Shown here in pieces: positions 43,201 to 49,967 of a stretch of 64,000 nucleotides of DNA. A program made the translations under genes and the position numbers. The stretch's first letter is position 1, and every line of letters begins with the position of its first letter. The notes below the pieces were generated by a model. The model had not been told where the DNA came from, searched no databases, and saw only the letters and a list, made by a program, of their open reading frames with translations. Origin of the DNA: Candidatus Omnitrophota bacterium (GTDB lineage Bacteria > Omnitrophota > Gorgyraeia > Zapsychrales > Fredricksoniimonadaceae); the NCBI GenBank assembly GCA_015232565.1, contig JADFZK010000003.1, positions 64,540 through 128,539 of the forward strand. The letters are read 5' to 3'.

Positions 43201-46200
43201 ACCGCCGCAATATCCTGCCCGAACACATATGTGTTCGCCATCTTCACTATATTACCGAACGAGGCCGCACCTACCTGCGAATACTGATCGCTCCGGTAAT
43301 TCAGGCTGGACAGTTCCCAGCGCCGGGTAGAATCCAGGATCCATTGCATTTCCACGTCTTCATCACTACGGCGCTGATCGTCGGGCAAAGCGGCGTTGGC
43401 GGCTTTGGCCTCTTCCTTTTGCTTCTTCGCGGTAATAGCGGCCTGAATAGAAAAGCCCGACATACCCGCCAAATGCTCGCCAAAAGCCAGCATTTCCAAA
43501 GGATTAGCGAAACGAAAACTGGTCTGGGAATTACCAAATTCGAGGTACCGGGTGCCGTAAACAATGTCTTTACCCATTACAACTTGAGAAAAAAGAGCGT
43601 CCGGAACCGCATTGTCACCGGGAAAGATTATGCCGTCCAGAGCCGCAACCGCCCTGGCCTTCTCCAGCGGTTTGGCCCCATTATCCTGGGCCCCCTTTGC
43701 GGCTTGATCATGAGTATAGCCATTGTCCGCACTTCTGCGCTGGATCTTGCCCTTGTTCTTTGGGTCATTGCCAAAGATAATCGCTTTATCCCATAATTCC
43801 CGAGCCTCGGGATGATCCTCGGCAAACTTGCAATCCCAAAGATCAAGTTTTTCGTCCACCTCACTCTTGATACTGGAATAATCATCCTTCTTCGCCAGAA
43901 TTGCAGTTCTTTCTTCCTCGGTTTTCGCGGCCATCAGTTTAGCTTTGTCATCAGGAGTTAAGACGCTGGAGAAATTGTCTACTGCCTCCCGAACATACTC
44001 ACTTTGCGCCTGGTCGCGCTCTTTCATATATTGATCCGCCAGCCGTGCACCCTGCCGCACATCTTCGTTGATCTTGGGCTGGTCCAAAGCATCCAAAGCC
44101 CCCAGCGTAACACCGGCCATAAAATTAGCCATCGTGCCCGCCACTATATTGTATTGCGCCGCCAGATAAGCATGGTTACGGGACTGATCATCTTCGCCGA
44201 TGATCTCTTCCCGCAAAGTGTCAAAAGCCCAGGCCGAAAGCGAGCTTAATACCGCGCTTCCCACGCGCACCTTGAGGTTGTCCCACACACTACCGGGGCC
44301 TGCGGCCAGTCGTTCGCCCGGGGTTTGCATAAGGTTACCCGCGCCATAGGAAACCACCCCCGCCACACCCTGCCCTACCGCTTTGGACGCCAAAGACTCC
44401 GGATCACCGCCCACCAGATAACGCGCCAGACCGCCCGCCAACTGGCCAATAGAACTTTGCGCTCCGGCCCGGGCAAAGCCCTTTAAAGCCGTCCAGACAT
44501 TGCTCCGGGAAAAAGAAATCTCCGACCTCGCCAGCCGGTCATTAGCCACCGCATCCCGCGCGGCCATGACCTCAGGTTTAGACACATCCAGCTTGCCGTC
44601 CTTAAACATGCCGTTCAGATCGGTCACATGAGCCTGCATTTTGTCCAGGCCTTCCAGCCGGGTCATCTCTAGTGTTTCCTTTTTGGTAAGGCCAACCTCG
44701 CCATCAAAAATGTTAGCGTCGTCTTGAGTTTTAAGTAAAGCCAGCCGTTTCTGGGCGTCATTGTCCATAAGGTTTTTGAACTTGCCGGCTTTTTGCTCCT
44801 TCGCCATATCGCCGGCGATCTCATTTTTGGTAATTTGCTCGGATTCCGCCAAAAACGCTTTGCCGGCGGCATCTCTTTGCCCCTGGTTAAAGTCCCGGAA
44901 CTCCGGGCTGGCCAAGATTTCTTTGGCCAATTTCTGATCGTGCTGGGCATCCCCGGTTCTTTCAATAAGGCGGTCGTTTACCTTATCCGCACCGTTTATG
45001 GGTTTGCCATTATCATCGAATTCCGGAACGAACTGATCCTTGGATTTCACAATGGCTTCGTTCTCAGCCGCTTGCTCCCTGGAGGCATCCTGCATAGTGT
45101 CAGTCTGCACCCCCACCATATCTTTAAAATAAGTAATATCGTGCCCGGCAACCTGGGCGGCCACGGCGTCAAAGGCCACCGCGGTTCCGGTAATGGCCAG
45201 GCCGGCGGCCAGCGAACCGGCCACCCCGCCTATCGTCTGGCTGGCAATGATACAACCCTTGTCGTCCTTGTCGCAATCAAAAGTCTCGGCTATAACCAGC
45301 TGAACCTCGTAGCTTACCCCAGCGCCTACCAGCGCTACTGCGAAAGACGTGGCAAAATCCTGGACCATACCGGAAGCAAAACCGGCCAGAGCACTGGTCC
45401 CGGCGTCCTTGGCGTTCTCGATCCCCGATACTCCGCCGCTCACACCAACGCTCAAGGCTGTACTTAAAGAAATACTAAGAATGGTTCCCGTCTTTTCCGA
45501 ACAGTTGCCCGACATTACGCAAGCTTGCGCTACCGCACCTACGAATTTACTGATCCCGATGCTCGCTATGGCCATGGCGATCACGGTTTGTATTTTGGTC
45601 GCGATCATGCCCATCTTGGCCAGGAAGATCAGGATCTTTTGGATCGCGTTAAGTGTTTCTCCCGCTTTTTGAGCCGCTATGGCGGCATTCGCCGCACCGC
45701 TCAAAGCCGCGCCCACGCCAAGGGAAACCACCAGCATGGCAAAGCTCAACCCCACATCGGTCCAGATCTGGCTGGTGCTCACCAGGCCCGGCAGGTCGCC
45801 GGAACGGTCGCGCCACTTGTTGCCCCACACAAAAGTAAGGGTGGTGTCGTCCACCGCGGTAAAATCCGCCCGCACAAAAGTGCCCATGTCTTTCGCCAGC
45901 GCAAAACCGGAGAGTTTGGCAATAAATTCGGCTTTGGGGCTTTGGCTGATCTTGCCGATATCGTTAAAGAAAACCGTGTCTTCCGTTACCTTGGTGACCG
46001 TAACGAAGTGCTCCTCTTTAAAATGCGCCACGAACGGCGTGCGGAGTTTTACCACATCATCCGGGGCCAAACGGGCACCGCTGTATTTCAGGCCGAAAGC
46101 CTTGGCGGCCTGGCTGATTGAAAAGAGGGAAATCTTAAGTTTGGGTTCCCCGGCCTTGATAACATTGCTCAAAAGGTCGGTAGAAATGGTAAGCACCGCC

Positions 46201-46913
46201 AGCTCTTCCAGCGGCTTATTTATCCCGGCATTAGCCAGAATGTCCTGCAGAGCATAAACGCCGCAATTCAGCACGTTCAGGCTGGGCTTATTAAGCCATA
46301 CAGCGATATCTTTGATTTGCGTGGGCGTAAACTTGGCCAAAGCGTTGATCAACAGCGCTTTGCCGTCTTTTTTCTGGTCGTCAAGTCTAAGCGATACGCT
46401 CTCGGCCTTCTGGCGGTTAACGTCGGTCAGCAACTGGTCCACACTGCCCGCTACCTGGCGAGCGGCCAGTTCGGCCGGGGTAATATCCGGGTTCTGCATT
46501 ACCAGCGGAGCCTTGTTGCCCCAGATAATGGCCGGATTATAGTTAAACGCCCAGCTGATCTGGTCGGGGATGAAAACACAAAGCACCGTAAGCGCAATAG
46601 CCCGGATCCAGTTATTGAACCGGGAAGCAAACTGACCTTCCGGGTAACCGGCCGTTACACCTTCGCCAGCAGGAGGAAACTGATCGCCACCCGGCACGTT
46701 AGCATTATAGCCAGCAAAACCGGCGCCAGCCAGGTCCGGAAATTGCCTAACCAGCTCGGAATCCGAAAGTTGCACATTGTCATTTGCCGCAGAGGACGGC
46801 TCAACCGGGGAAATTTCAGCAGATTGGGGGAGGGCAAAAGAAGAAATATCCTCTTTATTATTAAAAGAAGATTCAGAATTGTTAGAAGACTGTGGTTTAC
46901 CGTTTTCAGTCAT
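1..46913 (-). CDS. Giant multidomain protein, partial. The N-terminus is in the window; the C-terminus runs past the window start. At least 15,637 codons.
   Basis: No stop is reported in minus frame 2 (coordinate 46913 mod 3) across 46.9 kb. All listed minus ORFs in 1-46913 lie in the other two frames, and the plus ORFs are short antisense shadows. ATG at 46911-46913 follows an in-frame TGA 48 nt upstream. GC3-rich codon periodicity holds throughout. A reverse-complement read gives continuous protein-like sequence with domain motifs. Confidence 0.8.
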   Translation of the reverse strand, partial: MTENGKPQSSNNSESSFNNKEDISSFALPQSAEISPVEPSSAANDNVQLSDSELVRQFPDLAGAGFAGYNANVPGGDQFPPAGEGVTAGYPEGQFASRFNNWIRAIALTVLCVFIPDQISWAFNYNPAIIWGNKAPLVMQNPDITPAELAARQVAGSVDQLLTDVNRQKAESVSLRLDDQKKDGKALLINALAKFTPTQIKDIAVWLNKPSLNVLNCGVYALQDILANAGINKPLEELAVLTISTDLLSNVIKAGEPKLKISLFSISQAAKAFGLKYSGARLAPDDVVKLRTPFVAHFKEEHFVTVTKVTEDTVFFNDIGKISQSPKAEFIAKLSGFALAKDMGTFVRADFTAVDDTTLTFVWGNKWRDRSGDLPGLVSTSQIWTDVGLSFAMLVVSLGVGAALSGAANAAIAAQKAGETLNAIQKILIFLAKMGMIATKIQTVIAMAIASIGISKFVGAVAQACVMSGNCSEKTGTILSISLSTALSVGVSGGVSGIENAKDAGTSALAGFASGMVQDFATSFAVALVGAGVSYEVQLVIAETFDCDKDDKGCIIASQTIGGVAGSLAAGLAITGTAVAFDAVAAQVAGHDITYFKDMVGVQTDTMQDASREQAAENEAIVKSKDQFVPEFDDNGKPINGADKVNDRLIERTGDAQHDQKLAKEILASPEFRDFNQGQRDAAGKAFLAESEQITKNEIAGDMAKEQKAGKFKNLMDNDAQKRLALLKTQDDANIFDGEVGLTKKETLEMTRLEGLDKMQAHVTDLNGMFKDGKLDVSKPEVMAARDAVANDRLARSEISFSRSNVWTALKGFARAGAQSSIGQLAGGLARYLVGGDPESLASKAVGQGVAGVVSYGAGNLMQTPGERLAAGPGSVWDNLKVRVGSAVLSSLSAWAFDTLREEIIGEDDQSRNHAYLAAQYNIVAGTMANFMAGVTLGALDALDQPKINEDVRQGARLADQYMKERDQAQSEYVREAVDNFSSVLTPDDKAKLMAAKTEEERTAILAKKDDYSSIKSEVDEKLDLWDCKFAEDHPEARELWDKAIIFGNDPKNKGKIQRRSADNGYTHDQAAKGAQDNGAKPLEKARAVAALDGIIFPGDNAVPDALFSQVVMGKDIVYGTRYLEFGNSQTSFRFANPLEMLAFGEHLAGMSGFSIQAAITAKKQKEEAKAANAALPDDQRRSDEDVEMQWILDSTRRWELSSLNYRSDQYSQVGAASFGNIVKMANTYVFGQDIAAVSTGALSMAHQRLRDQQAVNSKALEDEIRRLRKMDAMYGVEPTEYKLLYKQAVENLAERAKDPALIRAEVRRLEALDIGAEYSDKELEKQARRNVKNGPLGMDKTFTGAKTTEGNRSITTFYNDSGYKMVAQFTGVKDRKDDGNGYLPGSRFSADFSALHYCCGAFPLKTGDVYSFGGQAMFNNGTREDVMRQLISVAVLGKAGQNGLWGLGGQAYAQSLYAADSVTINVPVSIDAKGMRYGKYTRDKSFKDDLYGDPLRDKEDNLKPITQGFVPHEQVVNEGFESRQGKPGYWRSFTSNISNNMLTTVKVAGKDKLFVSDSEGGSLNLKDLPAPRPPVQAAVKPQDQPVAPVQDISSYMYPGVNAQDMAASSGIYSGYDYRLDKPDDTAIAPVPQKPAPQEKDEPYTYESSVKDGSYGRLFFYQGTSTFRGSLDGMDFGNVYREKRAGRNLLDLTTDDFRVVGDNKLEVSARRNLAGGPMTLDLEAKGLTDLSKLGDTQKAFIRNFVLTGSKSTFDLSLASGAGRSLNIVREGRRLYDLKAFGLTGFATIFGADFFGDQASGNYNSYMGSDFAELAGWLRDASRGSSFAGQQSQVNILGKKGKDLNSETVGDTRTLFKDEAPTDTFFYMPLFNEGVSVKYSPTFVQGGNGYGSAALTGAAMVYGLDIVTGGDKPHSYIGVDPEGRASLVVKSGKYFQAQTDAAGINVFPSQPRWSADFSAENKAGIVVGLDNIDPDKSQSDKPVIDRIQPFSITTEGYLSHGNIITTNELPGPPSKDVSNRGTFGRPINLPNGGAFPYLVGFALEGDKGRALLTGNTLMPKTPESWSVGDKRLATEDAVKVPGNFELINGFIESMYLIKGGKEVDSNGRVSWIKGTAATELTFDPDKQVFEDELDGIKRIVRTPGYAQAPKGAAFDWNGQNWETRDENGKLVTNVPFFGQAKEMTSVEIEGKYQDQVSPTHTVWTRPEASFIDAFGLPNFIGSGWRFGVADNSTDISENAVWNELGKALSSPPDPNGPQFVSRFEAGLTPVINAYGQITRVNEQYGNFHYRLEGDAPVALDNRTGAILYASQPVWIQAGNNAFLPELNFSDGKGVYSRDSAWQDDEMVFTTPDYSADGKSDLPVTRFILTGDRMGNASGIMADQQENGNWQPAEVFSTLERRNLMQNPADASKVIVEDFIVNHLLVDKNGEFRYVPPLGNVDGTTVNGTYTTYREDLDSPEHRVYLDRARGEGNTLVLGGVGFGLLALPGKSEGGTASKPINTQAIFNLDKIPGETAFGQAFGSLEFAFQKGALQDINFNPGAKAYFGPTITEGSPISLYGANNTFWGGGLEIGQNGALFPLSTVERQETFWNSLTAGTKSMVMVLPDGTKSGHAVTVNETAEPEGKPRGWTLSGTEGLTGEHGTWSLDERFTPITQRIKGDGKVFDAKGKLVDSAVFYGRTENFTDLYAQASADGQERFFYTSQIMQKPPESNADNKTGSPEAAGDNSNGGLRPPGSGFLTSEVLPLIYASRVGWFDSAKIAVLNFDNVTSPQSLQEQSVSFAPMFSGVYHSFSGLNFKDFVSSVQGQVQENGEFAVTGKVIAVNNEKGSLDGKTAEINQNGFVVTPGLRSGWSNINTDASFLKYAVDDKEILKGKAELRGVDFWVTNGGKKWQSFDVKSLLLNDVEASVGAGLDEFGNPSILVGGSNPALLPQTSLEVIKQPLEKKNEEKSTAGLNALKIPVRAREGLLTTNAGIASLDGMQKADFSLPNLNVAQATLSGDFRDFNITRIDDTPNLVFQVGVDKNGKVVQASRYAFGVDSDQVRFKENGSSELDYAAVVTTSAILDDALIAMVTPVLTSGRGLVDKKVVFNMKAGQEISQYGDYVKDEKGRWVVGAVWDQFQVNGLSVDGGQNFTPASARIENGSPVITVGVYGKAVLPLFASEGLEAKSKFKSAPQTREEAQGAEIARRYLTVNNVYSDGALWGTGKQRLMVDSYDFYNFSGAAHGDLRKVAVIGLGGKGIEQVTYQRERGLTADGVQPVNLVTAVLGSGQKSIFFDENGQAIVDYRNYDGARIVKTAIRDAAPKLDLPIPVMTPEKQAQFSALKEQTSYARDMFYIGRFEFHKKMNTFDWFGLVVNDAKEKKLFKEAQDNYAAKLRELDQFMLENSLPELMDNAVIPKLEDKLTVPDHGKELWVNEDDIQRKVIAEVLKAAPLSVQFWAAGQKMKAEADAIVAELESIERQKRDLAEQTGKSIVIAGNGEENQIPAIDLKRNLDKRSSELKDALTKNEKQRQQEMKDFGATLQGEINAGNLTDAQKDYYQNILLDMRKLDKNITGLTNGVAEIFETNGARVFFNSFKSDKTYDPSYNPWSWGSRKAGEALWGATKPFIGAAMYAGGLIPYVGNKEMRDLGKTWVYNGWYSRLYTDENKPERYSHVLDIFSDAENASVRPENKGWDSFFLYAGGTLGKGAYAYLGGRLTGVAGAGSAIGAVSTVALDNYSLYNTGRGLGQDEMNSAILAMGIFNLGAKAISGLGVFGAGGLAARTSTAISSGVPRLGNAVATSRGFTFVASKLGASTPVVLTEGQKWAVGLTVLSAGGATANVAYGVTSNRAQGGTVFDYVTGGQILKDAGIGAAFVPLAVLGMRNPGVMGNGFSARALESMASGVRVAALSNAGSLLVNGELLTLKQDAAILAIVPVTTLLARSMLPAAVKDAAQVSARQAFVNSALSAGNIQLGIDSVVNEKLYRKEDNGFIKGAESWGWGALAGLALGGGAQLSRSFAGIQSSYARELAGKAIGGMAVNVLRGAVLTKFSGRDVWNDYIKTRQVLVDAGVGVAGGLVVGGVKNILPGSFWKTNAWGSLYDAAGYTLVSVGGGMTDRYLAQGGNEAWKRNYSDTNVINRQMIFDAGFGLLASAGVKIVPRWAQRAVWGEPAAKPMGPPTSRLDVFVDRVKAVFELSPYSSAPFQTAGTVAANRQITAGVYFKDLLTSGAVKRLAGGTAVGAAGGWAASYADPQKNMSWQERLGYVGYGATAGGLLSVLAITRPVLQTWSRNVMVGPDMVQLDANLLNMSLYPQMSVKMSIAASLDFAVMMPAWRLVSLPVQRIVNYGVENTIGSRISWAEAGVQSFNTFRPLALDGSGLPQFDKEGRLKRTGFGEMLKEDVVGGLQSGYSLGPTLGVLQMPLSAISAKPTGLLARSAGRLSGIYHGFGMAGTIGVLSLNDALVYKAFPYIAPGMVARLEKEARADMAGLLSGNAAIDNKVIEDMVKVKRTELAKQGAFVSLFFVPGGNMGKSPSLKRQLQQQAKLVSLLQTVVPAGALAPAPATAPAVAGPAAGAPAATVAPAPRVAAVPAPLPAPVNLAGRATAPPVPGAAAPVVAPAVMPPVPAPVAAPVIAPAAAKPAGSGAASAPASTAGASAGTPAAAPSAPVVAPAAAPAVLPPVPGAAAPTASALAPKSGSASGPADAVGAGKPGSSAAEPAAASASAAAPVSASPAAASPAPELARNSVELSPKSSSAPESANVAGAGKPGSAAVEPAAAPAAAHEPSASLPGASRPSEVAKPGEAGRAETGVPQLEPAAGQARSDAEMAPAARPADAVVSTPTVKPKADGTSAKMATAKPAQGRSPAQELAHLERLLNQATTDLGKLKPKTKGHYDKGAQILRLKKNIEGIRKNMEQRQAAEAAATVPAASAAPVPQPAAVHLPSAVPAPIVAPAPAVAAPKVFASMAEQRAVSRLREAELQQAQLALQLGAEKGASAPEISKLKDNANQAYQAAQSARLGEQEYVLKNSKDPVELDRALGRKILIEAEVLLDRANSLEASGETDKAKAAREKAVALKSEGDFYLDTAFVRASGVKPATDNAGKEDFVKIRLQARKLELLPLRNSGDRAVSSAASAANDVIEKVSEQLVLLRSPNTQSVEVAVKAVAGVLEKALAENRISSEMASVVVKDVEALQIGGKPDALLRQGLREKVDNPRVAAQVKAVVRGIESTIAALDRQIKSTKDASVSGDLQNQRTALEQQKQQLESAVEPVHETLKKIGKIESEIERMRKDNPDGTGSEISRLQAELQTLTERPEVQIYVVDTAYGENLNLRKIAAQAATDGNFNLADAVNDRLIKSYQFAARSSDANLAANAIAQLNLLTHERYGREQRAEFKGTNQSADVSTEKAALAARIADMHRLIEGNEAISSEVKDMLKDHILVAQAKLGSEIVVTKVYDSGNPFSVAARNSAVPGADITRLGPEAVSKVDPVASRIKALEQRIAELESVLPKAQTERGTGEISLLIAKHRMSIRDIAYTTAASLTEIAGKTSEPAQKTAVGEESAEMSRKAQEHLDKAGKLLAVKALENDRDADLLRQAIKLQPHMDAIRSELNKPASEVNEQTLVENFNAAHKIAPHAGYGNIAEVFTQRKAIVDKLKTAGEPDPALTAELTTMVQAARQNLRKVNAEALNIDGGLTGLRESLDALSEALKVYQSKDSKPEDAAGFLKKQMPDVAGAPQQQARTWEALFTKICGDFRISAGELRIFERSVILDRHTLLNKVETDIQKAGQELALHSQLQIDGADGLSTVQRGLQKELLTYFESQAKKGETPSISKEQSDYLRDLLNYSFHAIDTVANLGSMEAQLLALAMAGGKTTMERFVFDALMKYVVKSGSGVTFILLKADPNQAATACNASDLFSRGEVADGKIVGGRESGKVMVLTFAEAKEIGLQFKGEKSAELTSEVMASTDFTQDPSNPWFKTLTFIDEKHNFLLNPTMIKGNSVDGADFLSQRGWEYRERLERSQQDVAHLIDAIGTLALKDKTVADNKEKVKPIVDNIDEGGINADKFKEEFTKELTAKFGETEWHKKLVEEGVLTPLLDEIAWSFRNEIHRVNNVIETNRKGDVELIIYEYLENLGAEARGRVYSSKDGLKHKMRGVLGVYDYVYRKGIATNLPRFAELVAQGHDREITSAELLTLMPGKIGYSGTAEPGNDMAKLLNILSKPHGPSPEIELHTNWKAEFRPEQTVSEAIAADAKDFFNSLKDKETQVLVLNSNSGPARNEAWENIAGLNRGDVITVKVDPSRMGKTAKLLGEGKIIDQSGNEVSIAGKRVIILTAMEAAVSIENVGFVTVRDYTLRPKFGHDQAALRVDSLNPKTKKEKLFNVTRSKGEYITVTSLKEKNADPSLSKDRRDLLANLYKNGNEEEAKRALLQIMGEMAKDASVQSVHSTAVVARTVNLEAIDKFVQDINKASVVRAINQYKTLNGGGSFARIFTHALGEGYHEAILDNNRQDYSFISLVALENGHGVRMDRDGKVLLQAGQVADMKNGLVNEGYSVFASMADWIKARFDGNGKREDGSLVRPVSYITHGAIANVRPWEGPLMVRGWVSGSITWNGATPEYTQNQSVQVMDSNGVPQVMDSKGAPQAPINVALVSQFDQGQGIADPNFYKGVTAASRQAIARAVGASDANNLVVGRPMPDMDGRKAQIITERFTFNGQQAEIIKGVIFEGVLYKRTSIDNDPRAFSFDAVTEDHVQLPDMRHEKLFVKSRMEVVDGRVVKKFGEVVNKAPVLLPGINVQAGDKVEFANDDKGEKVLVIRGQQGEVKAAVFGEHIYMPNHDGAFDVSKAQVRAISPDGRKASRIETVDTYRVDHAGMGVVRARSVLARDLVYGANTFAEGTEIDREKGRLRDKEGNQVGLFFFDKILVKDGDNYLIPQSDIQTVEFLDRNTVSKVAAGSDFTVKAVDFERAIAEAQKFSNDFNKIWEKAVKSGATKEDMDDLANKFQVRASGWGVSVEVIGLDQKLNKVAAGGKADTYSLVFKADPDSTSFVAGLINFVEQRYKKRITATSALEERNSAALSTDELFHTGRALTKFLLSGEMDFDSAAVFLHELMHEEEKLIISKHGDNELPGALEQARLENNSELQQIADILSGIYDKEFSPEEIKTHYVETFGIPEKWSELPPVMQTLLAPMRGFFEALRNGLGGKPGLPASIFRGKFAVMQESFERGDIEESRAQASSIKTMLLRGRGMALKSRLAFGSAVTVLDSMSDEQLMNTITEDAKGNQVVKFRMITSNGNIFTLQQPIGKEKGRWQAGDLRTHLQKIFSDSLRITDGFCRIYETHIVLMSDRDNFASDAALKEAAAAASNRRTLAAYLRKTDPERGQAFDGLVDRLDLLAAQASMFGEIPVAYRKLEQLTLRLLKARPDEKPAIQHRINKINEFLNHRGTAEHWSYPRYSERSANEQKLLTYPGVVPPEQATPEPVGLATPESGVLPTEEAPLQVTQRGDLKMIPLALLNDYEGIKKLKQALWFKADLLNKEVGGLGGNGDQIKALFMGEDPLALNAIVADKIGAVLGYVVAEQGPEVAGSEPYIVIKHVAAKAKLGLGAALLRSVALRAKKLGINQIRFDVNMEHQAAAIDALQKMVWDVEYKAGASSAIVEFKTSVDDLIALTEPVAGRPGFELVSNEEDTNQPQAPPQGDQNDSLPPTAASGSTGLSAPASAVSEPVVLEAPAAPATDNPLTPFIFVSPPTGLPPVAFSTPAPAPAADLLLAMIPAAFGLTPAPQPASTPAPTPLLAVAASTPDALAPAPELAPAPALALAGDAPLNSESVSESGSEAPKRFGGPISQFLRTALNPLQASPSAIGGALSLGYLSAFQALNSTLGYNYDHKLVSVGVAVAGMVALPALASTSYRWLKSQRKWSDVKYGVVRTSAMMAVALGVLGCNGVPSIVKQRAVEDSLAKGNIGQAAIEHLASSETYRPTGRRQVAKDFLRAITELERYFGVEKQARAAEASFLQEVKKAATVFNLGTKVPASLYVKSLGKLQIRAGSVSQAIWNKVIPAAVLSSTPAAQRGILYEKTLEDPEKSAQIGLLMMAENLERLDGQLQLSGYTLEQLTPAQQLMVALSVDFPLSPRTFYNAISRQIVTNCNALYNTRIDLTAKGAGALALKDVLPLLPPEADLAKLFPDANFKLKVKVNGKVIYPLARGQAFLKRLDLQTLSVLASPLEWSNGSAKTTGLHGFTVPFGNLMAASAKDQFASGRANGNSESNSRIHLGHDEQLNFMALESLKGGRKIPVLSVVNGQVKEVATNYYEYFDGVAVPHGGSVLIDTIDGMQLRVSHANFSNVKVGTRVRVGMPIGYFDQNWQAYAGNAAWPMVHQQYSRSWGNDVIFYDPARVNPVLKAADARSGLKPAQAGSIIISKERLERKSSAGTPEIKGPVEPANPDARSHVYTNGILPGTNLPLPAPSLVVDPAANDATLETSLASIMRDHSKPELRDALTGGTDNAGALAAIARLTDKKVDFLYRGLGLPAPDRSGLSEVTAADRIQVGSCFQVSANAAQSAKDPTWVNWALGKFGANLPGFWTWFMSYILDKVPPEVRAIIKEVPADAASVVEAIKAFKHHATKGELQAQGIVDLLNFKYGIGKWPKAVQDEWNRVNGQLAGSGHVFRLDELNDSIASQLIAVRRFAKANAADAPAVEARLAEFNTWLKKWEGRMLEVYVDANGVIFVKTVNANYFELFTKNYRRAEARKPEANQGQVKALARMRDQLRNDRTLTRKEKDELLEKIRNLKALRQGKAPELSEDVYKARYPWNDPQAIQAEAEAQAQSLAEARAILAEARLSAANAPRGAGIPAVVEPLAVEDESLGADSVDQGDGKAGKSFFADDGVTTPATVGVTDPKILGLRQVPTWAAKGQLDNEAPLPAVPPGVKRLVDGIIGLPGKLMNPPAPPAKVLPTAGPKLSALSAGSARKPSAVVPDNVVPLPAIPASNVTPVDFNQPGPEEQLFTGTNDRAALAGAEEARLEAFRGVFKQAREIIKEKSSSSSTAAWLIGSDDLAKMIMLEGLALYKEVTDPVSGVLKVLPAFKYNPEQIVETLLRTASLLRDDEDKKALSIILSLGAGKTAAEYGALALTLRILNKTSAEAKGTIEMWVLQEFSIDQIANDHLAMFFYKCVNQYANLSRIVKIKAPEGQVAANGIQPTDMVAERFAGRDEDMKDPLMAGSNFFKHFSYDESRKFTIRYAAYDEVITRANLVEHHPDYMKAVTFRDGEELMAVVVDEFQSVTSRPDSIRSTGDQPYEAAKKEGAKALEAKKREGRVFLKLVDELKKLMIVHSDLLDNPTLQPGGEAKNRFVGTIREEYMPVIEALFREKFADGVYGLDAFRSIVQSAANFLRMAEGRDYQKITRAQLDESLALRQELANKEAEIEGLIQAGNRSGAAIARDEYKALLEKPQALYLYNILDQVLVTEPNTIFGDPYQSAFANAYLAKDLLRDNEEDEALRFIINALHSEQKERTSFLMAVKQVGLNKVGSFSGTSSPTLKTLGHEIVVLEEEQSMFEAVKDNDVRLFDTYKEDIQTVGKDIISLRNVHNANGKVGVIYVAPEANLRDVEADLLAKGVPSADIRRIGGNDRDSIKMALKDAFEEMSDGKPLVLLMVGEPTGSNPFKEHFVNANGELDLTKLQAGAVIIGYHMDEDSYTQFAKRAQSKNRVGMQKFGLPSFYVRLNLETENRFVIDDKKRLATFLPEVRAAFVAQDARKFKDELGLRSAGTVRALWQASAENRAFLAQVDQQIAALANRIEQNVFDHYEGAETFNKYVAESGLTEVEKEVVRKQFENNPQLLNKGVVTPTGKSVLAILPRIVMLDVPAREKLAELLVSPSDIVSLAVTLVGTPLRAQDIPAISVMASFGLLNTKEEALKLAALALNSAKDGWSDLNKMIARQATHRKLADKFRNWFSPQESAVLAETLQLAEEALNNQDCLVYLNAWLTKINEVTHGIDQPTIDALDNVVTIADKVIQAYKKLVNTEFQLAEPKLAESADGLTPTQVEERANKRKELEQTVKSSAEELTKAVQQAKDAVLTYPMLEQALTSSGVSPLLFAAAFNLMRDGAKQVITLAGAEAEARKLQVFLASLPESDDVKAKLLSLNTIAMLVVLNNRSTLAGLAYLGELVTGETKTRVREAIALLSNKPSSGVEVVGSNQSRWIGQSRGRTITPNFILNSVLAGNPALLPLLAMREMDEPKTQAVMQKLAELPGDMEVRLGQLVDDPDKVVVVKNEITADKFNNARTAASSALAQLKADLDSFALTLGEDEGVQLLNVERLARQARNAEVLLGMLGSNPTALNESFEAVQVLEDAIRIEPGVTKAVTNAIADVKAKMDVLAALHMEIDQEALTFATGPAGVATKPVAPGAPGSPAAPSSPTGTKGTTLPIWLALGSLFAASQQPVSAADARSKAQAEQQHSREVIEDAKQLARKPLFTREGETLVYGLPELLRANSDQPNRDTTAPLTADPLAIPTAPTTNLAANNTLPPAGPGTTGPTVPTGPVAPPGPNAPTAPTAPAVPTAPAAPVAPVMPAAPAVPAMPAVPVMPQVPGTTPMTPHSGALPVVLFLMSFFSFIGNAFAAGGSGGGALPPGVLPVVYGVVAVLAGRGARFIYGRRKGPTLEEKQSSEGDGGRIKDRRLSLIAGAVLKFTRDSIGYVVNVVLGAYGRLSAAEKLNVNAVKSNSGPQGLSGIAGAEKERTDGNTEANVANVVEEVSSAVANEVSGAVVNEASSAMVDGAKAQVEAVNINSASGEPAHTQADGSKADNHAKGNGSTVANTSKVVPIVDEANAVPVANARVNTAVTVDVARSARSVSRSWAQVRSALYTVANKGASIVPAVEKVYGEITAIVLRLYAWVCGVIGNARSDRGARTRVSSKDAQSVPGTAAAEETAPASNGNAQAVTVWIESTGAQSVYDGTRYARSVNAGCIYSANTEGGEGSTTIVGSVPAGLSISLGNAHENGNARGVESAGTGSYTSSGSTQGKPGVTGVESVAQGPENRSSIDISTGNAQPDGGSLRPAGNSNAPVGVCVREEQKVPAIGVPAELPGYISDTRNPRNTNLGFVTPTLGFSASNVVGQGQQAPASMPVFGIALAVLSSFLPRAIVLWVMLFFSGLMGGSLNASAQAMPDSFRAPPAALATVNKIVAAPGLEQGVSFAAKIDGKVISTIQYGKTQGLPAELNDETADKVNDLLDKGYRVMLVDPSIVGFRGKFDLVYKRATIDLKMHILGDSTPGSYAIKYDDLKGSTNRGPFNLAVAKVLCPRPDKDIQKALANQSDNVELAIDTVQTIDAKLQLKGAELWKQQNEQPVARQLAVEKAVKAKADLPDLEELIKGHKFLRDGIESGRIFSIEILTVGGTQPYHVTFVTQNNFMPFSLHGTQSSTWAFQFHYPNQPEVEAYIIIRGLAENGIPYKGPGVVMAPVVALDYLLKIYDYALTHNNRGQSAVYNTEKGLLKAVLDTIAIHVTRKEGFDRGNNKDNDYVLRVGLMELVESVPSLVNRGVTAAANLMGLHINIKPILQYVGNMKAKAPFESMGRIVSPGFKEQFFNLAAYENKDLNAAYFRVYEDFLDSELYTASMNDQKGHYNGFKLVRGPVPPGTKLFQRATITGYRLHADKNNEAVTQIMYRTYSFVAMEFLAQGVKENNTLSRIVEPIRSMSELLDEQIFLNGRAADGRLIMKAYRNGVTGAIMGFSYADSPTSLPELCKMSISQAEPVAPRFGSSWFYKGEFMGQLKVHDLLTALQKRGVVVPDDVWSDEKGVDFINEKVLVDRELHRKYAFLKFTTADRRKIAQIDELYTDDLKRFNRSLIERGEKGYAPKSPTYEGSVLTDYFLDQWRIFAAELGAGRTVSEAFRKFDFETLGTVEMPSVLRDYIFAPHGENNEVRNGLVVAVSSGVLKQIVVQGVNELGLVFFSDKSNHKPWVIKDQSAIKREMQPYRWLSKDLQARARSEFAQAFADGEEVMQDTLFVLSADGKEVIGIFEPSVKTYDMWARDLQEAIAQNARERYRIGGFGSTVLGTALPVAVDSMPAGFKNVRYMKEARRIGDSDMFKLKGKSYSGEVMARLVGNEVEIFESGRGALEARRVQLRAMRAAYQYTGTYEVLVKNADDSYLSLIIADQANPQFGIQDEAYLKEQADQGYLYDLQIETGDGWPYYYDNNGIYEMEFSKEQVPTIEKNGKTYMPLTIKVIDKKAGAPSAPQAPAPTATPSATPSASLDTVTPPAAGGAAIDTTDAGIALPSLVKPVSVRVEHDVVEQAVRAQAPAVLAAPTATPLATPVASAPAAMMKGVAATVSGAQVSTLVVNGQPFRGLTIDANNYSERDIQFHQGDAVRSYYPITTNLLVKMADHGIKVAWISLPMNSQAYSAQNLQAYWGKAVPEESQRISLEKGNYIDYIRAVRAAVGNRMVMVFEVMNEPNMDFSYPLWVNKKPSPAVFNEMFATIAWHTARIHREIGADQLVATTMGDRKEERGVKDLVGALSTGVDIVGLNWYRHNEQLVTDIKDAYAQSGMIRPFVISEAGVSSVHGEAVQARILVNDYQMAGKMGLSFFAMSDKDNLFKGGVGAPASHPEKHWGIRRADGSFKPAYEALKALWNKDNVSALPAVPVPAELLARGAVRPGALPLAAPVVSVRTNTNFLSQYFAVPMSNRSVNYWTEAQVAKKIPDVLVYSQGTNAIWDLVSRDNLNLVVGVPRAIIDREKAFFDGRLFLNPLNNELIVANNKEEARRLEESGMRRVLARITYPDRAAGRLFIPITDLESLPRATIKRLEVTEGVYSWFDTSRMLNGRPASVEFVSRSLVPDSFHVFSPLSRQPELTSSSSYILGKYIAPAITLWMDPFEAQSGFGNIVLVYSEQLQKQYTLEQETEALRQQLAIEKKKLAELNRDREMAWLYAEGANNTIRLLTHQLELYELSRRVVQQMLAESDANFFAIGSQAFMGVKSKLAPYYPAIVPENQNPLGYYIVYLRNEAIRKAIDTDRRFIQSLGQADQQLTKRLDPLQERLKRVLDTLQQYADAYGTPAERERVAGLKRAVGGYYESAGDAAFRFALYKNAAEELGWKTGFISKVLEGLSGHQIATMETEKLLLLDENDRRFLERQLVDGRSVVENLFRQLKTRENELTQMFAAPWGSAFTPQVAQLREIEREMRALNLQVVAAGPQRAVPSSLAGFAAQRGEIAARERRLRENLGRQQAFIKMELKFQELARGMSADLALGVSLDMSWSNYRSWRGEAVLDDAQRIKLLRAAVAASVRYTGAACNAGLAGENNIARGTTLPATQEGTLQSYSRVNALFIENALYDLRKTDGTVDRARTAEDVLSILKEYIRQYEMQMAGRDKFTGFSSMYWGLPGTVGGDEVYVADNAELLRVLVKYLQETADIKELAADRPAFSALAGQLAKRLLSLQDQVDGGLFKHGDLAARHALTPTFHGGKDTLDNVLAYPALMRYARFLGDFAASTEIRQAATRILGFVQKQYNEGSRYYQAGLFDSGRADDSFGVRLQLVASQVLGNKEARQALGQVYKKNMLPATVLRFTKVLADGAVDDAVSRFVNSRSLTGVGFGIAGTNRLAETNLVNVPVNAGLTNHSYLVSYVNSALAGQLLAGSTHPQDQAVRRTLGKLLEESTVPGLDGRTSVGLPLANHSGQDYNNVSYGDHTGPNNLESTLYYLWFLEGRQSDYSDGATNTVLAQIKSVSLAERQTGLKAVPYVAVAQYSNIVEHVVVKPNFVVRLKSDLWLLDVRKHLQDSWREYAWGLGLLLSGMVALRRITGWKAARATKEAIASEKEKQQAYQANRKEYAEQAKEVIEHEWQSSKPEYCKTALVCVEAMDLASFVAQMITYNEKGEIATPAAPAPVDLATALDELQNVLRSAVIIELITEESIIEVLNKMMARLVSQVNDQKALERENGYSYGDKQRRLRTARKEFKKAQGKDVDEGRVNAGLLLSTIFDLIRAVALAQEKKGGEQWTVQELFAIAKAEKLDGKSDPLDLAAVGRNNRAELVLFHIVDATADLLRNYAHRLIARPEILPEMVRQELRFNMDTLANLEAIKNDATLSPKEKVIQQGDLVRKDGLTVMSLVNDIVGLERGLPKEIDDKVCRDIEEEKLRVRIAAFDDLMAMAGMSLSLAKTPCEEVEATLKTLDVKAILAGVQSALEAYKGKEHELVSKHKTFFTVVFEPYTKKMKDRMWKMFFDREGINKRNADERVSFVRGWKRWAAVAGYFGIWAVLGLIVRGAIWLVNLPVVMGWFKALTLVAMGLPGLSKLLAVVVVGAVVGGVLYMIAAPLTWALHAIQRKTNIGKHLDAFGLVKVINSMRLSWSIRMLLTLVFKSLVGVIGMLGVYVAVTFTWPVTLIEWVVVAGGALIFGLAFNTRGADLTLKSESLIIKNYRYLTHFIVLERYLGLMDLAPGFVHFLARHLAGDVKTVDGTKRSLKEVIEYSVKWREVLDFFLFFYKEALKGADKVEKIAKQGSQQVHMFMTADINTILASIHAARGAKENPWYIYLVTGDNVAHKEFAGLDFTKLSDEAIISFHRIMTDSENRIKHVFAMERLMDFFLEKVWYMDSAKDHTPAKNVQYNVEARLDVVPGDRDGLTYFDKEVSYFFETAYQKVARKPNYFYNLWSLYLSYYSTLYGGLFTAAILISKAVLLPLTVAQQAQMIHDASPLVSPLLNMAHNSGPELWMFGLAIMIFVPLSQYVIKVLQLVRETRARNDAPARAESDREKNMVWLPALGKAAYRFAGDMFNFCRPGIDPRSEGIWRTKLWFILNDVFSVVANLYIFAGIAPFFMNLLPRVLAEGCFASIPLLQTAPILLFLVALVLLSVAGGRFYRSLNTNRSPGVKAKMAAHWQYFKKGTPTATFIYLAVFWVLSGCASSYLPTAGNFLAIGAALVSLVLKLRIKDVTKSPKGWLMLFVAPLLAFCAVKGLLVGGSALMLLTSTMFVLNCTLFVNYSIMEILESLIVYSRPRGTVEKPKRHSFLRIPISTNVFFSLPDEQIKYTWQEIYESYDNFFDGPRNFRNAYRNGGSKQMFYAAEFEGAAPHQRKSILNWAILINPTGFGRVMAAAYLMGVWQPSETRAREAIAKAMKGVVADPAAVKLALRNQLAPELFPEGDESVINEVLENPEFVTVLDKVAEVMRPQLIRLLNGAELHSDMVQIGESQPLFRTIIVDWANQHLQTLIGLTSGMNNLYTHGYTPYAEMEYMLDREHNKDEIHYLVRSRLQNLHGFDRDSYPQGFEKPANHPDWKRYPNNGKQLFLKDIIRYHETNRTAGTRAKAGNWTSRIFFEEGHVVMSYDCDSYISRTAAARYPYMIAEFINPLVDIVQPAHCVLELVDTPLMYAAGEAHNAWDRVRLFNEGFSGHYGHSICSSMYGFKNDYMPLLEISTAAREIGRGNRMIEKYLRSGGYEFAQDFASEDIMSALGMTQARIILGGGVTKYAPYVDLKESFERNLAQAQNAWTRWGNVERWRSDILDDFPINPTVPWYAKRERLVKEQFYAKHLSAAVNLALLPIMLFSSSMPYQSLMWAGLFIGVSIVFNQSITLALLVDKIKNQKAKYFRQYPNAGIFRSIWIYFAATVEGTLQYFDRSFLNPRAALRTITRGWQEMPDSVAGRLLGILSGIF
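9060..9900 (-). other. Clan GH-A (GH5-like) TIM-barrel glycoside hydrolase domain within the giant protein
   Basis: …[19 protein letters not shown]… carries the NEP acid/base motif (codons at 9586-9606). …LNWYRH… follows, then …[12 protein letters not shown]… carries the nucleophile motif (codons near 9285-9300). The spacing is typical of GH5-type enzymes. Confidence 0.55.
13600..15430 (-). other. Low-complexity Ser/Ala/Val/Asn region followed by a Pro/Ala/Thr-rich linker (15160-15430) in the giant protein
   Basis: The translation shows …[23 protein letters not shown]… repeats and …[43 protein letters not shown]…. The DNA has imperfect 24-bp tandem repeats at about 14590-14720, and the Arg-rich plus-strand shadow ORF 15162..15380 overlaps it. 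Confidence 0.55.
21850..22100 (-). other. Degenerate M23/LytM-like or hybrid-barrel segment
   Basis: …[73 protein letters not shown]… follows the M23 beta-barrel spacing but lacks the HxH metal ligands. Confidence 0.25.
24000..24480 (-). other. GNAT-like acetyltransferase segment
   Basis: …[82 protein letters not shown]… has the beta-strand/V-shaped fold pattern and an R/Q-x-x-G-x-G/A acetyl-CoA motif (KLGLGAAL). Confidence 0.4.
25626..25640 (-). other. HExxH (HELMH) zinc-metallopeptidase-type motif
   Basis: Minus-strand codons CAT GAG CTT ATG CAC at 25626-25640 give …[16 protein letters not shown]…. This is a motif only. Confidence 0.25.
29330..29370 (-). other. P-loop-like motif (LAMAGGKTT) resembling helicase / SecA motif I
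   Basis: Codons GGC GGT AAA ACC ACG at 29343-29357 on the minus strand give GGKTT. The surrounding sequence is …[42 protein letters not shown]…. Confidence 0.25.
32150..33330 (-). other. Ala/Pro/Val/Gly-rich low-complexity linker of the giant protein
   Basis: Minus-strand translation is dominated by AP/APA/PAV repeats (…[32 protein letters not shown]…). The plus strand here gives the A/G-rich shadow ORF 32665..33561. The DNA is built from GCC/GGC/GCG triplet runs. Confidence 0.6.
45100..45800 (-). other. Cluster of hydrophobic segments (predicted transmembrane anchor region) after the peptidase-like domain
   Basis: Long runs of A/G/V/I/L-rich segments (…[20 protein letters not shown]…, …[21 protein letters not shown]…, …[14 protein letters not shown]…) read between verified landmarks at 45748-45812 and 45098-45146. 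Confidence 0.4.
45950..46330 (-). other. Papain-fold (C39-like) cysteine peptidase motif region at the N-terminus of the giant protein
   Basis: Read on the minus strand: ...[16 protein letters not shown]... (Cys codon at 46263-46265), then about 80 aa later ...[21 protein letters not shown]... (His near 46010). The spacing and context match a C39-type Cys/His dyad. Confidence 0.4.
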
Positions 46914-47074
46914 ATTTATACCGAGTTTGTGAAACAATGGAAGTATAGCACATATATGCTGTCAAGCAAATTTTTGGCAAAAATAAATGCCCTCACAACC
47001 CATTTCTCAACAATGCCTTACATTCCATGCAGAATCTTTTTTCCAAAAAAAATTGCATTAAATCTCTTAATATA

Positions 47075-47117
47075 AAAAAAACAAAAAAAAGATTGCAAAA
47101 CTCTGTTTGGACATTAA
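47075..47117 (-). promoter_or_regulatory. Putative sigma70-type promoter for the giant gene, with an adjacent TGGACATTAA half-site
   Basis: On the minus strand, TTGCAA sits at 47093-47098, an A/T-rich 17-18 nt spacer follows, and TATATT sits at 47069-47074. An A/T tract lies upstream. The half-site 47108-47117 exactly matches the right half of the 59188-59210 palindrome. Confidence 0.25.
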
Positions 47118-47160
47118 ACAAAAACCAAAGCCCCCCTCCCTGACCCGCCCCACCAGGGGG

Positions 47161-47305
47161 CGGGTATCAAGCAGCATGCAGAATCTTTTCACGAATAACT
47201 GCTCCACCAAGAGCGGGCATCAAGTAGCATGCAGAACCTTTTCACGAATACCTGTCGTATCAAGAGCGCGTATCAGGTAACGTGCAAACCCCTTTCACAA
47301 ATACC
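47161..47305. repeat. Three tandem repeats of about 53 bp, sharing the GCATGCAGAAYCTTTTCACGAATA core. A fourth partial core copy lies at 47026-47040.
   Basis: 47161-47213 and 47214-47266 match at roughly four of every five positions. 47267-47305 is a decayed third copy. Confidence 0.6.
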
Positions 47306-47340
47306 CTCCCCCTCTGTGGGGAGGGTCAGGGAGGGGGACA
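47304..47340 (-). terminator. GC-rich hairpin (CCCTCCCC / GGGGAGGG stem, 6-nt loop) followed on the minus strand by UAUUUGUGAAA, copy A
   Basis: An inverted repeat with an 8-bp G/C stem sits at 47304-47325, and a U-rich tail follows in the minus sense. The element is duplicated at 47507-47545. Confidence 0.3.
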
Positions 47341-47354
47341 TGCTCACAAAATAT

Positions 47355-47373
47355 ATTGTCCAGACTGGACAAT
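47355..47373. promoter_or_regulatory. Perfect 9-1-9 palindrome ATTGTCCAGACTGGACAAT (core TGTCCA-N3-TGGACA), copy 1
   Basis: The inverted repeat was checked base by base. It is duplicated at 47559-47577 and related to the site at 59188-59210. Confidence 0.6.
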
Positions 47374-47506
47374 CTCTTGAAACACAAAGACCCTAAATGG
47401 TTTACAGCACCAAAGAGGGTCGCTTTTTACTTCATAAAGAATGTCCAAACACCCAAAAGACTTCCTTAAAACAGAAACTTAATCATCAACAAATCCCGCT
47501 CACAAA

Positions 47507-47545
47507 ATACCCTCCCCCTCTGTGGGGAAGGTCAGGGAGGGGGTT
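47507..47545 (-). terminator. GC-rich hairpin plus U-rich tail, copy B, about 40 nt downstream of the tadC-like stop codon
   Basis: The sequence matches copy A with one stem mismatch. In the minus sense it is followed by TATTTTGTGAG. Its position just after the stop at 47584 fits an intrinsic terminator. Confidence 0.35.
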
Positions 47546-47558
47546 GCATAAAGCACTT

Positions 47559-47577
47559 ATTGTCCAGACTGGACAAT
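47559..47577. promoter_or_regulatory. Perfect 9-1-9 palindrome ATTGTCCAGACTGGACAAT, copy 2
   Basis: The sequence is identical to copy 1 and sits about 7 nt from the tadC-like stop. Confidence 0.6.
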
Positions 47578-47583
47578 TTTAAA

Positions 47584-48483
47584 TTACTTGCCTAACCCGC
47601 CCAGCGGATTGTTCATTACGAAATCCAGGAAGATCGGCGCGCCAACTAAAATGAAAACTACCGGAAAAATAAAGAACAAAAGCGGGATAAGCATCTTGAG
47701 CGGAGCCTTTAAAGCCATCGCTTCCCCGCGCCGAAAACGAGCCAAACGCATATCTTCCGAAAGAATGTTCAAAGCCTCGCTGACTGAAGTACCCATCTTG
47801 TCGGCCTGAATAAGCGTCCGGGCAAAGGTGGAAAGGTCCGGCAATTCGTACTTTTTGGCCAGGTCACGCAAAGCCTCGCGCCGGGGCTTGCCTACGCTGA
47901 TCTCCTGCAAAATATTGTTCAGTTCCCGGTTCACTACCGAATCGGCCGATTTCTCCACCACCCATTTAAGAGCCATCATAAAGTCCAGCCCGGCATTTAC
48001 GCACAAACCCAGCAGATCCACCGAATCCGGCAATAAACGCACAATATCGTCCTTGATCTTGCCAATGCGTGAACGCAATACCATCTCCGGGCCTATATAA
48101 CCTATTGCAACAGCCATCAGAATACCAAAAACCAGCAAATCTGGCGGCACAACCCGCGATAGCAACATAATAAGCGCACCCGTCAAAACCAGCTTGATCA
48201 ACATAAAAGCTTCCGGCGTAAGGTCGGTCTGCGAGATCATCAGGTCGCGCGTGAGGCGCTTGCGCATTTCCGGGCTAATTAACGGCTTAACGATCAAAGC
48301 AATACCGTTAAGAAAGAAAAAACGGTCCACTTTCTGCTTTTGCACCTTAGCTTGCGGCGTTAAAGGCGATATACCCAGGTCCTTAAGGTTCAAAGAAGGC
48401 CTATCATCCTTTGCCACCGGGGAAAGGCCCACGATCAACAAGGAGATCGAAAGAAAAACCAGGATCAATGTAGCTGTTAACAT
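47584..48483 (-). CDS. Inner-membrane platform protein with a single T2SSF domain (GspF/PilC-half, TadC-like)
   Basis: This is a 299-aa ORF with three hydrophobic segments. The conserved T2SSF cytoplasmic helical domain pattern (…DLLGLCVNAGLDFMMALKWV…, …RREALRDLAKKY…, …SVSEALNILSEDMRLARFRRGE…) is read directly. Confidence 0.6.
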   Translation of the reverse strand: MLTATLILVFLSISLLIVGLSPVAKDDRPSLNLKDLGISPLTPQAKVQKQKVDRFFFLNGIALIVKPLISPEMRKRLTRDLMISQTDLTPEAFMLIKLVLTGALIMLLSRVVPPDLLVFGILMAVAIGYIGPEMVLRSRIGKIKDDIVRLLPDSVDLLGLCVNAGLDFMMALKWVVEKSADSVVNRELNNILQEISVGKPRREALRDLAKKYELPDLSTFARTLIQADKMGTSVSEALNILSEDMRLARFRRGEAMALKAPLKMLIPLLFFIFPVVFILVGAPIFLDFVMNNPLGGLGK

Positions 48484-48501
48484 GAAATGTCCTCGAAAAC
48501 G

Positions 48502-49359
48502 TTAAACATCTTTAAAAGAGCTGATCTTAAGGATCAGGAAAGTCCCCACTACCCACAGGCCAAGGCACAATAGTAGTAACATGCGCCCGGTATCGGTGGT
48601 GGTCATGGTCTGAAAATACCCCGGATTGGTAGTATTAACCATAAGAAAGAACGCTACCGGCAACCCGCTCATAACAAAGGCCTGGATCTTGCCCTGCACT
48701 GTAAGCACCGCCAGGCTTTCCTCGACCTTTTTGCGCTCGCGGATATTCTGCACGATACGCGTAAAGATCACCGGCAGGTTACCGCCGGTCTCGCGGGCCA
48801 GCAAAATAGCGCTGATCATCTGTTGCATGGACGGCGAAGGCATGCGCCGGTACAGGCGGTTTAAGGCTTCGTCCATGGTAACGCCCATCTTGTTCTCACC
48901 CAGCACAATGCTGAACTCCTGGCGGATAGGCTCGGGCATTTCCTCGGCCACCGCTTCCATGGACTGAATAAGGCTCAACCCCCCGCGGAACGAGCTCGAC
49001 ATGATCATCAGGGAATCCACCAGCTGAGCATTGAACAATTCCCGCCGCCGGGTCACCAGCATGCCGGCATAGAAACGCGGTAAAATAATCCCCACTACCA
49101 TCCCGGCCAGCATACCGTAAAACTGATACCGTTCGGGGCTGAAATAAAACCCCAACCCGCCCAACACGATAGGCGCCAGGAAATACAGCGGCAGGATGCG
49201 CTTGAAATCGTCCTGCATAAGCGAGCGGTCCATATCGGCCACCAGCTTGTTGGCGCGGTTCTTGTTAAGGTCAACATAAGTCGACACAATGAACGGCACG
49301 CCAAAGAAAGTGAACAAAGACACCGCCAGGAAGATCAGCAAAGTTATTACAAAAAGCAT
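48502..49359 (-). CDS. Second single-T2SSF-domain platform protein (TadB-like)
   Basis: This is a 285-aa ORF. …SLMIMSSSFRGGLSLIQSMEAVAEEMPEPIRQEF… and …TMDEALNRLYRRMP… resemble the GspF/TadB family. It sits next to its paralog at 47584-48483. Confidence 0.6.
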   Translation of the reverse strand: MLFVITLLIFLAVSLFTFFGVPFIVSTYVDLNKNRANKLVADMDRSLMQDDFKRILPLYFLAPIVLGGLGFYFSPERYQFYGMLAGMVVGIILPRFYAGMLVTRRRELFNAQLVDSLMIMSSSFRGGLSLIQSMEAVAEEMPEPIRQEFSIVLGENKMGVTMDEALNRLYRRMPSPSMQQMISAILLARETGGNLPVIFTRIVQNIRERKKVEESLAVLTVQGKIQAFVMSGLPVAFFLMVNTTNPGYFQTMTTTDTGRMLLLLCLGLWVVGTFLILKISSFKDV

Positions 49360-49439
49360 ATTTTGGCTCCGTGGTTTAACGTCTATTCGCCGGGCCCGGC
49401 CGCCATGGCGGGCCTACACCCTGCTTGAACTTGTTTAGC

Positions 49440-49560
49440 GAATCGAGAGCTCGTCGATCGTAGGGGCCGACCTTGTGTCGGCCCGGCACAAGATGCGCAA
49501 CGACCTGCAATTGCTTCTCCGCCGGGCGGACATAAAGTCCGCCCCTACGAAAACGATAAA
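49440..49560. repeat. Structured intergenic element with nested inverted repeats (CGTAGGGGC…GCCCCTACG; GGGCCGAC-N5-GTCGGCCC)
   Basis: The inverted repeats are read directly between 49360 and 49613. The element shares the CGTAGGGGC / GCCCCTAC arms with the 28-bp palindrome at 59280-59307. Confidence 0.35.
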
Positions 49561-49613
49561 TCCTCTCGACTTGCTAAACAAGTACAAACGATTAATTTTC
49601 TCGCTGAACATCT

Positions 49614-49967
49614 TCAATTAACCTTGCACCCGTTTAGACAGGCATGCATTGCTGTGTTGGTGCATAGGATGTAATTGATACTGCTCTTGCAACCGCTTAC
49701 AGCATGCTGATGGTCGTAGCAGGCCTGCGAATACCAGATATCTTCCTTGTCGTCGTAAACGCAGGCAATGGTATCGTTTGGGTCGTACTGCCGGCCAAAA
49801 GCAAAGCTTTCCCCGGCGGTCGCCATCTGGCCCTGGTAAGCCCGCTGAATATAACCCCGAAAAGCGAGCAGGCAGGAGATGACCACAATGATCAGCACCA
49901 TGTACTCCACCAGGGCAAAAGCTTTTTTGGGCACGGTTGTTTTTATCATAGTTAATGCGTTGGACAC
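49614..49967 (-). CDS. Pilin/pseudopilin-like protein with a Cys-rich C-terminal half
   Basis: The N-terminus …KKAFALVEYMVLIIVVISCLLAF… is a class-III-type leader. The C-terminal 70 aa hold 8 Cys. The overlapping alternative-frame ORF 49618..49974 is Arg-rich junk. Confidence 0.5.
   Translation of the reverse strand: MSNALTMIKTTVPKKAFALVEYMVLIIVVISCLLAFRGYIQRAYQGQMATAGESFAFGRQYDPNDTIACVYDDKEDIWYSQACYDHQHAVSGCKSSINYILCTNTAMHACLNGCKVN

Noticed and set aside
369-46900. Numerous plus-strand ORFs of 60-381 aa, for example 10470..11615, 42723..43796, 26685..27677, 2841..3764, 32665..33561 and 15162..15380
   Set aside because: They tile the antisense of a continuous GC3-rich minus-strand ORF. They are low-complexity or Arg/Gly/Ala-rich, none shows a recognisable motif, and they are mutually out of frame. 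I read them as shadow ORFs of the giant gene.
47161-47305. CRISPR array as an explanation for the repeats
   Set aside because: There are only three copies, they are directly abutting 53-bp units with no unique spacers, and they degrade progressively. This is not CRISPR architecture.
49435-49617. 60-aa minus-strand ORF in the tadB-pilin intergenic region
   Set aside because: It lies entirely within the structured inverted-repeat element. It has no RBS or pilin-like features and is probably non-coding.
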